A stretch of 64,000 nt of DNA from Candidatus Uhrbacteria bacterium (GTDB taxonomy: Bacteria; Patescibacteriota; Patescibacteriia; UBA9934): NCBI GenBank assembly GCA_943350635.1, contig CALRAI010000001.1:4051-68050 (forward strand), written 5' to 3'. Both the position numbers and the translations under genes were made by a program. The stretch's first letter is position 1. Every line of letters starts with the position of its first letter. Of this stretch, positions 28,645 to 37,482 are shown piece by piece. The notes under the pieces were generated by a model. It was not told where the DNA came from, did no database searches, and saw nothing but the letters and a program-made list of their open reading frames with translations.

Positions 28645-28864
28645 GTTCTTATTACTCACTCACCGGTGGCTCGGGTGAATCAGATGAGTCTCACTGATCG
28701 ACCAGAGCGGAGTGGGGACGAGCGGTGAACATTTTTCAGCGAGGCTTCGTGAATGCACAGCTGCAGTCGAGCTGAAAGCGAGACGTCGCAGCGTAGCGTT
28801 GTGTGACGCAGCAGAAAAATGTTTACCCGAGTCGCCACGAAGCGGCGGGAGGAGCCCGAGCCAT
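28645..28864. repeat. MITE-like repeat, copy C (inverted orientation)
   Basis: Its reverse complement aligns with copy A, including both terminal inverted repeats. Lies in the 5' region previously included in the ftsE ORF. Confidence 0.55.
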
Positions 28865-28879
28865 GCTATACTTCACTCT

Positions 28880-29563
28880 ATGATCACGTTCAAAAACGTG
28901 ACAAAAGAATATCCACCAAAAACACACGCGCTCGCGGGTGTAAGTTTTCGTATCAACGCGGGTGAGTTTGTTTCTATTACGGGGCAAAGCGGTTCCGGAA
29001 AATCCACGGTAGCAAAAATGATTTTTGCGGAGGAGCGACCTACGAGTGGTCAAATTCTTATTGGCGACTGGGACATTTCAAAAATTGGTCGTGCGGATAT
29101 TCCAATATTGCGGCGTCAGATTGGTGTAGTGTTTCAGGACTTTAAATTGCTACCGAAAAAAACTGCGTTCGAAAATGTTGCATTTGCGCTGCATGTGGCA
29201 GGTGAATCGGGTAAGCGCATTCGTGAGGTGGTCCCACATGTACTCAAAATTGTCGGGCTTGCTGAAAAGGGACATCGGTATCCCCGTCAGCTTTCCGGAG
29301 GTGAACAGCAGCGTGTTTCTATTGCACGAGCCCTTGTTCATCGTCCCAAAATTATTGTTGCAGACGAGCCAACGGGAAATCTTGACGCCATTACAGCGCG
29401 GGAAATTATGGAGTTGTTTACGCGTATTAACGACTTTGGAACCACGGTGCTTCTTGTTACCCACGATCGGGACATTGTGAACGGCCTGCATAAAAGAGTT
29501 ATTACATTACGCGATGGTAAGGTCTCGTCGGACGCAGAAAAGGGAAAATATCTTCTCACGTAA
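28880..29563 (+). CDS. ftsE: cell division ATP-binding protein FtsE
   Basis: Walker A (GQSGSGKST), ABC signature (LSGGEQQRVSIARAL), Walker B (IIVADEPTGNLD). Followed by ftsX. Start at MITFKNV; the upstream ORF extension overlaps the MITE. Confidence 0.9.
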   Translation: MITFKNVTKEYPPKTHALAGVSFRINAGEFVSITGQSGSGKSTVAKMIFAEERPTSGQILIGDWDISKIGRADIPILRRQIGVVFQDFKLLPKKTAFENVAFALHVAGESGKRIREVVPHVLKIVGLAEKGHRYPRQLSGGEQQRVSIARALVHRPKIIVADEPTGNLDAITAREIMELFTRINDFGTTVLLVTHDRDIVNGLHKRVITLRDGKVSSDAEKGKYLLT

Positions 29564-29565
29564 TT

Positions 29566-30477
29566 ATGCGAACATTCTTCCGCATTATTCGGTTCGCGAT
29601 GCAGAGTATGCTACGGAATTTTTGGTTGTCGTTTGTAACAGTTTCCGTGTTTGTCCTTACATTGATCACGGTGAACGCGGTGATTATTTTGAACGTGCTC
29701 GCGAATGCATCGGTGAAAAGTGTGGAAGGTCGCGTGCAAGTAACGGTATATTTCACGTCCGACGCTTCGGTAGATACAGTAAAGAGTACACAAAGCTACT
29801 TGCTCGGATTATCCCAGGTGAAAGACGTTTCGTACGTTACGGCGGAGGACGCGTTGATAGCGTTCAAGGAAACGCACAAAAGCGATCCCGTCATTCTTGG
29901 GGCGTTGGACGAAGTGGATGGGAATCCGCTCGGTCAGGCGCTCAAGATTCGTGCATACAATGCCGCAGACTTTCCGTTTATTTTAGAGGCGTTGGAAACT
30001 CCAGAGTACGCGCCGTTTATTAAGGACAAAAATTACAACAACTACGAATCGGCGCTGAAGGTGTTGGGAAATTTCTCGGAAAAGATCCGTATCGGCTTTT
30101 TGGTACTTGCGTTGTTCTTTGGATTTATTGCCATGCTCATCGTCTTCAATACCATTCGCGTAGCCATTTACGTTCATCGTGAGGAAATTGGTGTGATGAA
30201 GCTTGTGGGTGCCAACGACTGGTTTATTCGCGGGCCATTTTTGTTGGAGTCGATATTTTACGCATTCATCGCCACGGGAATCATGGCAGGAATTATTGCC
30301 ACAACGCTGCGCTTTGCGAATCCGTACATCGTAGCCTTCTTCCAGGGTGTGGACGTAGATTTGGTGGCATACTACTCCACCAACGCGTTGCCAATGTTCG
30401 GTGCTCAATTTGGCATTCTTGCGTTCCTTGGGCTTGCAACTACAGCCTTTGCCATGCGCCGGTACTTGAGAGTGTAA
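29566..30477 (+). CDS. ftsX: cell division permease FtsX
   Basis: 4 TM helices with a large periplasmic loop between TM1 and TM2. Lies 3 nt after ftsE. Confidence 0.85.
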   Translation: MRTFFRIIRFAMQSMLRNFWLSFVTVSVFVLTLITVNAVIILNVLANASVKSVEGRVQVTVYFTSDASVDTVKSTQSYLLGLSQVKDVSYVTAEDALIAFKETHKSDPVILGALDEVDGNPLGQALKIRAYNAADFPFILEALETPEYAPFIKDKNYNNYESALKVLGNFSEKIRIGFLVLALFFGFIAMLIVFNTIRVAIYVHREEIGVMKLVGANDWFIRGPFLLESIFYAFIATGIMAGIIATTLRFANPYIVAFFQGVDVDLVAYYSTNALPMFGAQFGILAFLGLATTAFAMRRYLRV

Positions 30478-30546
30478 AGAGCCTGATGCTTTGAGCGTGT
30501 TGGGCGTTACGAAGATTGATGGGTTCGGGTGTCTCGAATGTGCTCG

Positions 30547-30590
30547 TGTAAGACAATGTAAGACACTGACTTACACAAGATTGTAAGCAC
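30547..30590. promoter_or_regulatory. iteron/operator-like array of TGTAAG(A/C) half-sites
   Basis: TGTAAGACA (x2, 10-bp spacing), inverted CTTACA, then TTGTAAGCA. Immediately upstream of the GC-rich insert. Confidence 0.35.
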
Positions 30591-30668
30591 CCCCTCACTC
30601 CCGCTCAACCCTTCAAAAGAATCAGTTTCTGTGCTACCTTCGTTCCGCCAATATCGGCAGGAGTTCCC

Positions 30669-31289
30669 ATGATTCGCGACATTCAACTCATCGTTCTCGA
30701 CGGTCAACCTGGTGGCGGGAAGGACTTTTTCCTTCAAATGCTGGAGGCGGATCCGTGGTTCATGCGGAACGCCGTCATCGAAACGGAAGCCGCGGCGCTA
30801 CTGTACACCGCCCACAAGGTGCAGCCGGGGGAGTTCGGCACCGTTTCCCAGGACACGATCGACGCGTTTCAGAACGCCATTGCGAGCCTGTGCATGTTCA
30901 AGCGCTCGCTTGCCGTGGACCGTGCAGTGCGCGACGGCAAGAAGCTCGTGGTGTTCAACCGCTTCATACCGAGTGGTGCGGCGTATCTGCAGTGGGGGAT
31001 TGTGGATCTGATGGCAATCACGAATTTGTCCGAGGTCGAGATGAACAGCGGCATCGACCACGTGATCTGCCCTGGCCCGCCGCCGGAGGAGCACTACGTC
31101 ACCAACGAATATCGGTTCGAGACGTATGCAGAAGCGTGCGTGCTCGGTGCTCGGGCTCGTCAGGCGTACATCGACTTGGGCTTCGTACCAGGCACCACAC
31201 TGCACGACATCCCCGGCGGCGACGACTTCGACGCCAAGTGCGCGCTGTTCATGGCCACGATCCGCCAACTCACCGGTGCCGAGCACTAG
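30669..31289 (+). CDS. P-loop protein (nucleotide kinase-like), GC-rich foreign gene
   Basis: LIVLDGQPGGGKDF Walker-A-like motif ending in GKD, as in phage dNMP kinases. About 65% GC versus roughly 50% backbone. Confidence 0.4.
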   Translation: MIRDIQLIVLDGQPGGGKDFFLQMLEADPWFMRNAVIETEAAALLYTAHKVQPGEFGTVSQDTIDAFQNAIASLCMFKRSLAVDRAVRDGKKLVVFNRFIPSGAAYLQWGIVDLMAITNLSEVEMNSGIDHVICPGPPPEEHYVTNEYRFETYAEACVLGARARQAYIDLGFVPGTTLHDIPGGDDFDAKCALFMATIRQLTGAEH

Positions 31290-31333
31290 CCACGATCGGC
31301 AATCAGCTCAGCACAACACCCACGAAAACACGA

Positions 31334-31367
31334 CGCCCTGCCAACTCTTTCGAGCTGACAGGGCGTT
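31334..31367. terminator. GC-rich hairpin terminator (bidirectional)
   Basis: CGCCCTG-N17-CAGGGCG followed by TTT. Lies between convergent genes. Confidence 0.5.
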
Positions 31368-31403
31368 TGCGTGCGTACTGCGGTCACCGTGTCGAACAGT
31401 GAG

Positions 31404-32318
31404 CTACTTCTTGATCTTGGCCATGGCCGTCTCGCACGCGGCGATGAACGGCAGCATGTCCTCCTTCTTGAAGTAGTAGCTGTACTGGGTCGCGAGCTCG
31501 ACCATGCGGTCGACGCTCGACCAGGTCTTCCGAATGCCGACCACGTCTCGGTGGAGCCGTGTGACGACGCCGGGGCACAGGTTGCGGATGCGGGCGATGA
31601 ACGCCTGCTCTTCCGCGCGCCGTGCATCCGCCGCGATCTCCCATTCGTTCTTCGGCGCATTGCTGTGCTTCGGAACGTACTGGATCGTCTCCACCGGCTT
31701 GGGGGCCGGAACGCGCTGGATCATCGGCGGGGCGATCACGATCGGGGCCACGGCCATCGCACGGAGCTGCTCCAGGGACACGCCCTGTCCGGGCTTGCGA
31801 CGGGAGCTCGGGGCATCGATCTTGCGATCGACGACCACGGGCTTCGGAGCGGCGTAGCGTTGCAGCCACGCGAGGCGGTCGGCTTCGTTGGCCTTCCGCA
31901 CGTCCTCGAGCCAACGGAGGTTCTCTTCCACGCGAGCGGCTTCGGCAGCGGCTTCGGCACGCTCGTTCTCCAGACGCATCGCCTCGGCCCTCGCTGCGGC
32001 GGCGCGACGCTGCTCGGCGGCCTTGCGCGCGGCCTCGATGGCCACGGCAGGATCCGGCTTGACCACCACCGTCTTGGCGACGATGACGACGGGCGCGATG
32101 ATGTCGTTGGAGGGGCGGATGCGCCGCTTGGGCTGCGCGACCGGTTCGGGCCGCTTGGCCTCAACCTCGACGGCGATCTGGTCCTCGCGCCGCCAGACGG
32201 TGGGCGTGCGGCCGTTGTAGCCGGTGTCGAGGGTCGAGACGGCGCCGCGGGTGGCGCTGAGGCGGTGGCCGATGAGGTTGAGAAACTGGTCTTCGATGCG
32301 ATTGGCGGAAGCGGTCAT
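31404..32318 (-). CDS. hypothetical Ala/Arg/Glu-rich coiled-coil protein (GC-rich insert)
   Basis: The long minus ORF is the most protein-like of several overlapping GC-rich frames. Start chosen at MTASANRIEDQ. Confidence 0.35.
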   Translation of the reverse strand: MTASANRIEDQFLNLIGHRLSATRGAVSTLDTGYNGRTPTVWRREDQIAVEVEAKRPEPVAQPKRRIRPSNDIIAPVVIVAKTVVVKPDPAVAIEAARKAAEQRRAAAARAEAMRLENERAEAAAEAARVEENLRWLEDVRKANEADRLAWLQRYAAPKPVVVDRKIDAPSSRRKPGQGVSLEQLRAMAVAPIVIAPPMIQRVPAPKPVETIQYVPKHSNAPKNEWEIAADARRAEEQAFIARIRNLCPGVVTRLHRDVVGIRKTWSSVDRMVELATQYSYYFKKEDMLPFIAACETAMAKIKK

Positions 32319-32467
32319 GTGAAGATCTCCGGGGATTGGGGAAGCGAACGGGGGTGGTGAACAAAGAGCAATCAGTAACAAAATATGATAGCACAATTTG
32401 TGCCTTTTGTAAAGGGGAATGTACCGGTAAAATAGCGAATATTAGCGAAAAAAGATGAAGATTTTCC

Positions 32468-33397
32468 CTATTTAAACGTTGTTTCTTGTGCCTGTTCGGT
32501 TGTATGTTCTCGACCCTCTTGCATAAACTCTAAAATCTTCTCACTACGCATCTCCTCTTCGGTTTCGTATATTCCAGATCTGGCAATATCTGCTGCAAGT
32601 ATTGACTCGTCTATTCCGAATTCCACAGGAAACACTGTTTGTGAAAGAATAAAAGCTGCTTGTCCCATGCACCATTCGTCCTTATTCTCCATGGTAAGTA
32701 ATTCCTTGAAGAGCTTGAGCGCATCGCGTCCATCGCCTTGTTCGCGAGACTCCCTTGCTTCCGCGAGAGCATCAGCTCGCTCCTGATCCAAAGACACAAT
32801 AAGCGAGCTTGGTCCAAAGCGTAGTCCACTATCCGAATATGGAAGATCTTCGTGTTCGCGGATTGTTTGGGCAACCTTGATATTTCCGTAGTTGAGATCC
32901 TCAATTGCTAAAAGATCACTTTCTATAGTGGAATCATGAAAGGCTTTGAAATGTGTTACTTCATGTCCGAGTAGCTCGGCGCTCCAGTCTTCTTCGACGT
33001 CGCTATTTAATACAATAAAATTATCAAGACGTTGAGACGGGGTAAGGTCTTGCGGCGAATGATACCCAATAGCATTCGCGTCTCCGCCAATCATTGCAGA
33101 CGTTGGCCCAGCAAAAAAACGATCGTGTTCAATATAGAATCGCAAATCATCTCGCGATCCTTCTATTTCAGCAACCATGAGCTCCGGGTCGTTTACTGCT
33201 CCGTTTCTATCAACCCACCCACCGTCCATGGAGCGTACCATTTCAAGAACAAGAGGCGTTGCACGATCCGCAACGTCCGCTAAATATTCAACGTTTTCTC
33301 GTTGCGCATCTGTGAGTCTACTCGTGCCCGGTGGCAATGCTCCGCAACCCGTTGTGGCCGCAAGACCGGTGACGATGAGCGCTTTTGGAAAGGTCAT
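32468..33397 (-). CDS. putative secreted zinc metalloprotease lipoprotein
   Basis: Lipobox (LAATTGC) and an HExxH motif (LLGHEVTHF). Confidence 0.5.
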   Translation of the reverse strand: MTFPKALIVTGLAATTGCGALPPGTSRLTDAQRENVEYLADVADRATPLVLEMVRSMDGGWVDRNGAVNDPELMVAEIEGSRDDLRFYIEHDRFFAGPTSAMIGGDANAIGYHSPQDLTPSQRLDNFIVLNSDVEEDWSAELLGHEVTHFKAFHDSTIESDLLAIEDLNYGNIKVAQTIREHEDLPYSDSGLRFGPSSLIVSLDQERADALAEARESREQGDGRDALKLFKELLTMENKDEWCMGQAAFILSQTVFPVEFGIDESILAADIARSGIYETEEEMRSEKILEFMQEGREHTTEQAQETTFK

Positions 33398-33406
33398 ACC
33401 TCGTGA

Positions 33407-33798
33407 CTATTTAAACGATGGACACGGCGTCGTAACGAACACAGAACCAGCAAGGAGGCTGCCTTCTGGCCAAACAAGTTGAGTGCTGTCAAAAACAAGG
33501 CGCGTACCGTCCACGAGCACCACGGCGCCGTCCTCCAAAGTTCCCGGACCGGTTGATGGCGGTTCAATATCCTTACCATCGCGTCGTTCAAGAATGGTAA
33601 TAGATGCATTCGGTGAAGTGTCCTCTATAGCGACATATGTTTGTATGCCGTTCTGCTCCAATACGAAGCATCGTTGAACGACAGAGGAGCTGTGTTGCCA
33701 CAAAGGAATGATAATGAAAAGGAGAACGGTAACAAAAGATACAGCGACGACTCCATACAGAACGGGATGTGCCTTGATGCGGTTGAGAAAGGTAGTCA
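33407..33798 (-). CDS. membrane-anchored hypothetical protein
   Basis: N-terminal TM (VLYGVVAVSFVTVLLFIIIPLW) followed by a small outside domain. Start at MTTFLN. Confidence 0.4.
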
Positions 33799-33861
33799 TA
33801 TAGCGAGAATTGTGCAGAAGAGGGGATGAGTCTTTTATGGATATATGCGTACATAATAGCA

Positions 33862-33898
33862 CTATGGTCCGGGAAATGTATGGTAATTCGCGTGTGGC
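33862..33898. repeat. degenerate att-like repeat (tRNA-Gln 3'-end-like plus GGTAATTCGCGTGTGGCGA)
   Basis: TGGTCCGGGAAATGTATGGTAATTCGCGTGTGGCGA versus TGGTTCCGGGACATGGATGGTAATTCGCGTGTGGCGA at 35121. Confidence 0.4.
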
Positions 33899-33901
33899 GA
33901 A

Positions 33902-34744
33902 ATGATACGTGTGTACACAGGACAAATATGGAATAAAGATAGTATAATTATACATATGCCTATTGAATCACAAGAGAATTCGCAAAACAGTGTCGAGGTG
34001 AAGGACGATGGATATAACTACGAGCGATGGGAAGTTCGACTTGGCGGGCTTTTTACTCAACTTGGTATTGTTCGTGCGTTGGCTGAGGGAGATTTTTCTG
34101 ACGAAGAAAAAGAGCGAATTATTAGGGCAAATGCTGATGAATGGAAGGATATTGTTGCGAAGTTTGGGGAGAACGATCGAGTGGTGCTTCAGAAAGCAAT
34201 AGATGAACTCGGTACGCACACAAAAATCGCCGCACGAGAAATTTGTGACAAACTTGCTGAAGCGATTCGTTTTGCGGGGAAGATGATTCGTCAAACGGCA
34301 CCGTCCGTACAGCAACGCGATGCTATCGATGCTGAGCGAGAACTTGAGGGAGATGCTGCTCATCCTACGCATGAATGGCTGAAAGGAATGGAGGGGGCAT
34401 ACCTTGCGTCACATCTTTCAGATATTACTGCAGAAATAGAGCATAATCATGGAGAAGCGCACATGCTGTATTACGAAATCGGCTCTATTCAGCGCATTGG
34501 TGTACTTATCGAAAACCTACGAGAAAAGATTGATGAAGGAAGGATTGATATTGGAGATCGTGGAGCGGAAGATTGCGCCGATGCAATTCTTGCTGCACGG
34601 AATATGGTGGTGCGCGCAATTATCGCACCGCTTCCGTCTAAACGCTGTCCAGAAATCGATCTTACAAAAATTGATATCGCGATGTTGGATGAAGTTGCAG
34701 ACATTGGCGGCTGGCTTGGCGTGGTAAAAGGGTGGAGTGCATAG
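33902..34744 (+). CDS. hypothetical protein
   Basis: 280-aa acidic, helical protein. No motif recognised. Confidence 0.45.
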   Translation: MIRVYTGQIWNKDSIIIHMPIESQENSQNSVEVKDDGYNYERWEVRLGGLFTQLGIVRALAEGDFSDEEKERIIRANADEWKDIVAKFGENDRVVLQKAIDELGTHTKIAAREICDKLAEAIRFAGKMIRQTAPSVQQRDAIDAERELEGDAAHPTHEWLKGMEGAYLASHLSDITAEIEHNHGEAHMLYYEIGSIQRIGVLIENLREKIDEGRIDIGDRGAEDCADAILAARNMVVRAIIAPLPSKRCPEIDLTKIDIAMLDEVADIGGWLGVVKGWSA

Positions 34745-34756
34745 TGCGAGGTATTA

Positions 34757-35057
34757 TGAAAACGCTGTTTTCATTCCGGGCGAAAGTATGGCTGTATTCC
34801 GGAATGGCGGCGTGGCATTTTGTTACCTTGCCTAAGGATATTGCTCACGACATTGCGGAGCGGTTCTCTCCGCTAAAAAAAAGGGTGGGGATCGATTCGG
34901 GTTGAAATGACCCTTGGCGAAACACGGTGGAAAACATCAATTTTTCCGGACAAAAAAAGAGGAAGCTATGTGCTTCCGCTTAAAGCAAGTATACGAAAGA
35001 AAGAACACGTTTTTGCAGAGGACACAGTGGCACTCGAGTTGAAAATCATTCTATAAC
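34757..35057 (+). pseudogene. DUF1905-family gene disrupted by a frameshift at an A8 homopolymer
   Basis: MKTLFSFRAKVWLYSGMAAWHFVTLPKDIAHDI… continues in another frame after A8 (34872-34879) as …TLGETRWKTSIFPDKKRGSYVLPLKASIRKK…VALELKII. Together these match the DUF1905 pattern. Confidence 0.5.
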
Positions 35058-35120
35058 CATCCTTTCCTACATTCTTTAATAAAACCAACAAAAATCCCCA
35101 GCGTGTGCTGAGGATTTTTG

Positions 35121-35138
35121 TGGTTCCGGGACATGGAT
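35121..35138. repeat. 18-bp exact copy of the tRNA-Gln 3' end (att-like)
   Basis: TGGTTCCGGGACATGGAT is identical to 43494-43511 (tRNA-Gln 3' end). Confidence 0.6.
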
Positions 35139-35228
35139 GGTAATTCGCGTGTGGCGAGCGAGCTCGCCGCGCGAATGACATCCGTATCCCGTACGCCGCG
35201 GTGCGGCTGGCCAGCGTGCGCTGGCGAA

Positions 35229-35266
35229 CCATAAAAATACCAGCCGTGGGGCTGGTATTTTTATGG
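35229..35266. terminator. perfect 17-bp-arm palindrome (bidirectional terminator-like)
   Basis: CCATAAAAATACCAGCC-GTGG-GGCTGGTATTTTTATGG. Confidence 0.55.
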
Positions 35267-35620
35267 TTCTGCGGCCCGGTCTAGATTGAAGCCTTTAAGG
35301 GGACTTTGGGGCACCCTTCTCCCTGCTCACCAACCCTGTTCCGGTCGCATAGAACTGGAGAGTGAAACTGGCAAAAAATGGAATATAGGCCGGAGGGTAA
35401 AATGAGACAAATGAGACACTACATGGGCTGTTTCAAACGACTGTCTCACACACTAACTTTTCGGCTTATGTTCGCCTAATTCTGACGGTAAAGTGGTTTA
35501 TTTTTGACTGTCTCATCTTCCAATTGAATAAAGTCGAATTTCGCCAGTCTCTGCGTCCTGCGCCACGTTGTCGATTAGGCGCTTCATTCCGTCGAGATAG
35601 ATAGTTGGCACTCACTGATC

Positions 35621-36574
35621 CTATTTAAATGGCTTTTGAAGTTTTGATTGCACAACTTCGCTTATTTTATGGGCATCCCCGTGGCTCAACATGCCAAGAT
35701 ACGAGGATACGGATTCCTCTTTGCTCTCTGTTCCAAGATTATTCATCATTCTGCGTTTGGTGGTCGTACGAAGAACCCGATGATGCGGAAAATGCACCCA
35801 GCCTAGGAAATCAATTCCCGAGGCGATTGTGGCAATGGAGACTTTGTTTGGGTGCAACGCGAGGTGTAACCGTGACTCTAAAAATTCAGCGATCTGCGGC
35901 AGGAGATGTTCTAAATATTCTCTGCCTTCATGCAGGACGACAAAATCGTCGGCGTAGCGGATGTAATGTGCTGCCTTCAAATTGCGCTTTATGAAGTGAT
36001 CAAACACGTTCATGTAGATATTGACCAAAAGTTGGCTCGTAAGGTTACCGAGCGGAAGTCCGACGCCGGGCCTGCCGTCCGTGTGAAAACTCCCGATCAC
36101 TTCCGCGAGGAGCCAAAGAATATCTGTGTCGTTGACATGCCTTTTGATGACGTCGAGGAGAATCGCATGATCGATGTTGGCAAAGAACTTTCGTATGTCG
36201 CATTTCAACACCCAAGCGGTACGGGTGTGGTTTTTGGAAACCTTGGCGGCAAATTCTCGAAGACGATTGATTGCGCGATGCGTACCCCTCCCCTCGCGAC
36301 AGGAGTACGAATCAAAAATGAATTTACGATCGAAGAATGGATATAGGATTCGATAGATTGCGTGATGCAGGAGCCGATCACGGACGGTCGCTTTATGAAT
36401 ATCCCTTGGCTTCGGGTCGTTAATCTTAAAGGCATGGTATCCGCCGTGCCGGTAGGACCTATTGGCGAGGTCGCCGTGCAACGCGACGAGATTATCCATG
36501 AGGCTTGCCGCGAAGAGGGCAACGTCTTCCCGTTTCCTTTTTCCAGACAAAAACTCCTGCCAGGCGGCAAGCAA
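35621..36574 (-). CDS. diversity-generating retroelement reverse transcriptase
   Basis: RT motifs including YADDFVVL, and the DGR-specific LGNLTSQLLVNIY (GxxxSQ in place of group II QGxxxSP). 317 aa. TR/VR pair nearby. Confidence 0.85.
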   Translation of the reverse strand: MLAAWQEFLSGKRKREDVALFAASLMDNLVALHGDLANRSYRHGGYHAFKINDPKPRDIHKATVRDRLLHHAIYRILYPFFDRKFIFDSYSCREGRGTHRAINRLREFAAKVSKNHTRTAWVLKCDIRKFFANIDHAILLDVIKRHVNDTDILWLLAEVIGSFHTDGRPGVGLPLGNLTSQLLVNIYMNVFDHFIKRNLKAAHYIRYADDFVVLHEGREYLEHLLPQIAEFLESRLHLALHPNKVSIATIASGIDFLGWVHFPHHRVLRTTTKRRMMNNLGTESKEESVSSYLGMLSHGDAHKISEVVQSKLQKPFK

Positions 36575-36622
36575 ATTTTCAACAGAAATGATATCCTGAT
36601 ACGTACTATGGAGCCGCGCCCT

Positions 36623-36667
<45 letters not shown>

Positions 36668-36708
36668 CCGGAAGCGCGTCGATTCTCCAGCGCGTCAAAG
36701 AGGGATAT

Positions 36709-37032
36709 TTGGTTTGGATGAACATTGCGCCGCATATTGCAAAGGGTGCGCGTTTTACGATTGGCGCCAGGATTGAAAGTAAGTTTCTCGACCTGTTGGA
36801 GTTGAGTTACGCCGCCTATTTTACCGACAAAGAAAAGAAGGTTGCAAAGATTGCCGAGTGTGTCTTCGTGCTCGATACGCTCAAGTTTCTCATCACCACA
36901 GCATGGGAAGGAAGACTGATAGCCAATAAGCAGTGCGAGGACGTTGCCAAAAAGCTGGACGAGATCGGCAAGATGTTCGGGGGCTGGAAGAAGAATCTCG
37001 AAAACCCTGAACGAAAAAACCGCGCCATGTAA
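36709..37032 (+). CDS. Avd-like four-helix-bundle protein (accessory variability determinant / 23S rRNA IVS protein family)
   Basis: …KFLDLLELSYAAY…LKFLITTAWEGRLI…EDVAKKLDEIGKMFGGW resembles the C-terminal two-thirds of TIGR02436-type proteins. TTG start in the ORF track (an ATG lies at 36718). Opposite strand to RT, TR and target. Confidence 0.45.
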   Translation: MVWMNIAPHIAKGARFTIGARIESKFLDLLELSYAAYFTDKEKKVAKIAECVFVLDTLKFLITTAWEGRLIANKQCEDVAKKLDEIGKMFGGWKKNLENPERKNRAM

Positions 37033-37046
37033 GCGCGGAATCAAGC

Positions 37047-37183
37047 ACTTTCGAAGACGGAAGACGAACTCATTGTTCGCATTCCACTTGTTCGTCGGCT
37101 TCGCCCAATTGTTGTTGAGCCACGACCCATCGTCATTGCGTTCCACGTTGAAGACGTTCGGGTTGCCGTCCGAGTCGGATTGC
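37047..37183 (-). repeat. DGR template repeat (TR)
   Basis: About 135 nt that aligns to 37507-37640. Every one of the ~17 mismatches is an A in TR (coding strand) versus C/G/T/A-change in VR. AAC/AAT-rich (NNNWAKPTNKWNANNEF). Confidence 0.85.
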
Positions 37184-37482
37184 ATGGCGTGCCGCCCTTG
37201 CCACTGCCCGCCTATCTAGGAAAGAGGTCGAGCTGTATTTTATGCGTGATCGAAAATCACCAAGCGCGCCATACCAAGTACTTCATTTTTGTTTGGACAC
37301 TCTACGCATCCTCCGAAAGAAGCCGTAGCCACCTTCGTTCTCAACACGCAGGTGCCGAAAGGGTCTCGATAAGCCGTGGCCGACCGATGTAACCAATCTG
37401 CACTCCAGAATACCAAAAATTTTCCGATCCGCCTACGGCGGAAAGCATCAAAGGGTCAAAGAAACAAAGTTTCAAGAAGTAA

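Noticed and set aside
28712-28879. 5' extension of the ftsE ORF (MGTSGEHFSARLREC…).
   Set aside because: The extension is the translation of MITE-like repeat copy C. The conserved FtsE sequence begins at MITFKNV (28880).
31371-32396. Multiple overlapping 100-330-aa ORFs on both strands (31371..32360+, 31384..31914-, 31622..32062+, 31736..32164-, and others).
   Set aside because: This is a GC-rich region where every frame stays open. The products are Arg/Pro/Ala-rich and antisense-looking. Only one minus-strand frame was kept, with low confidence.
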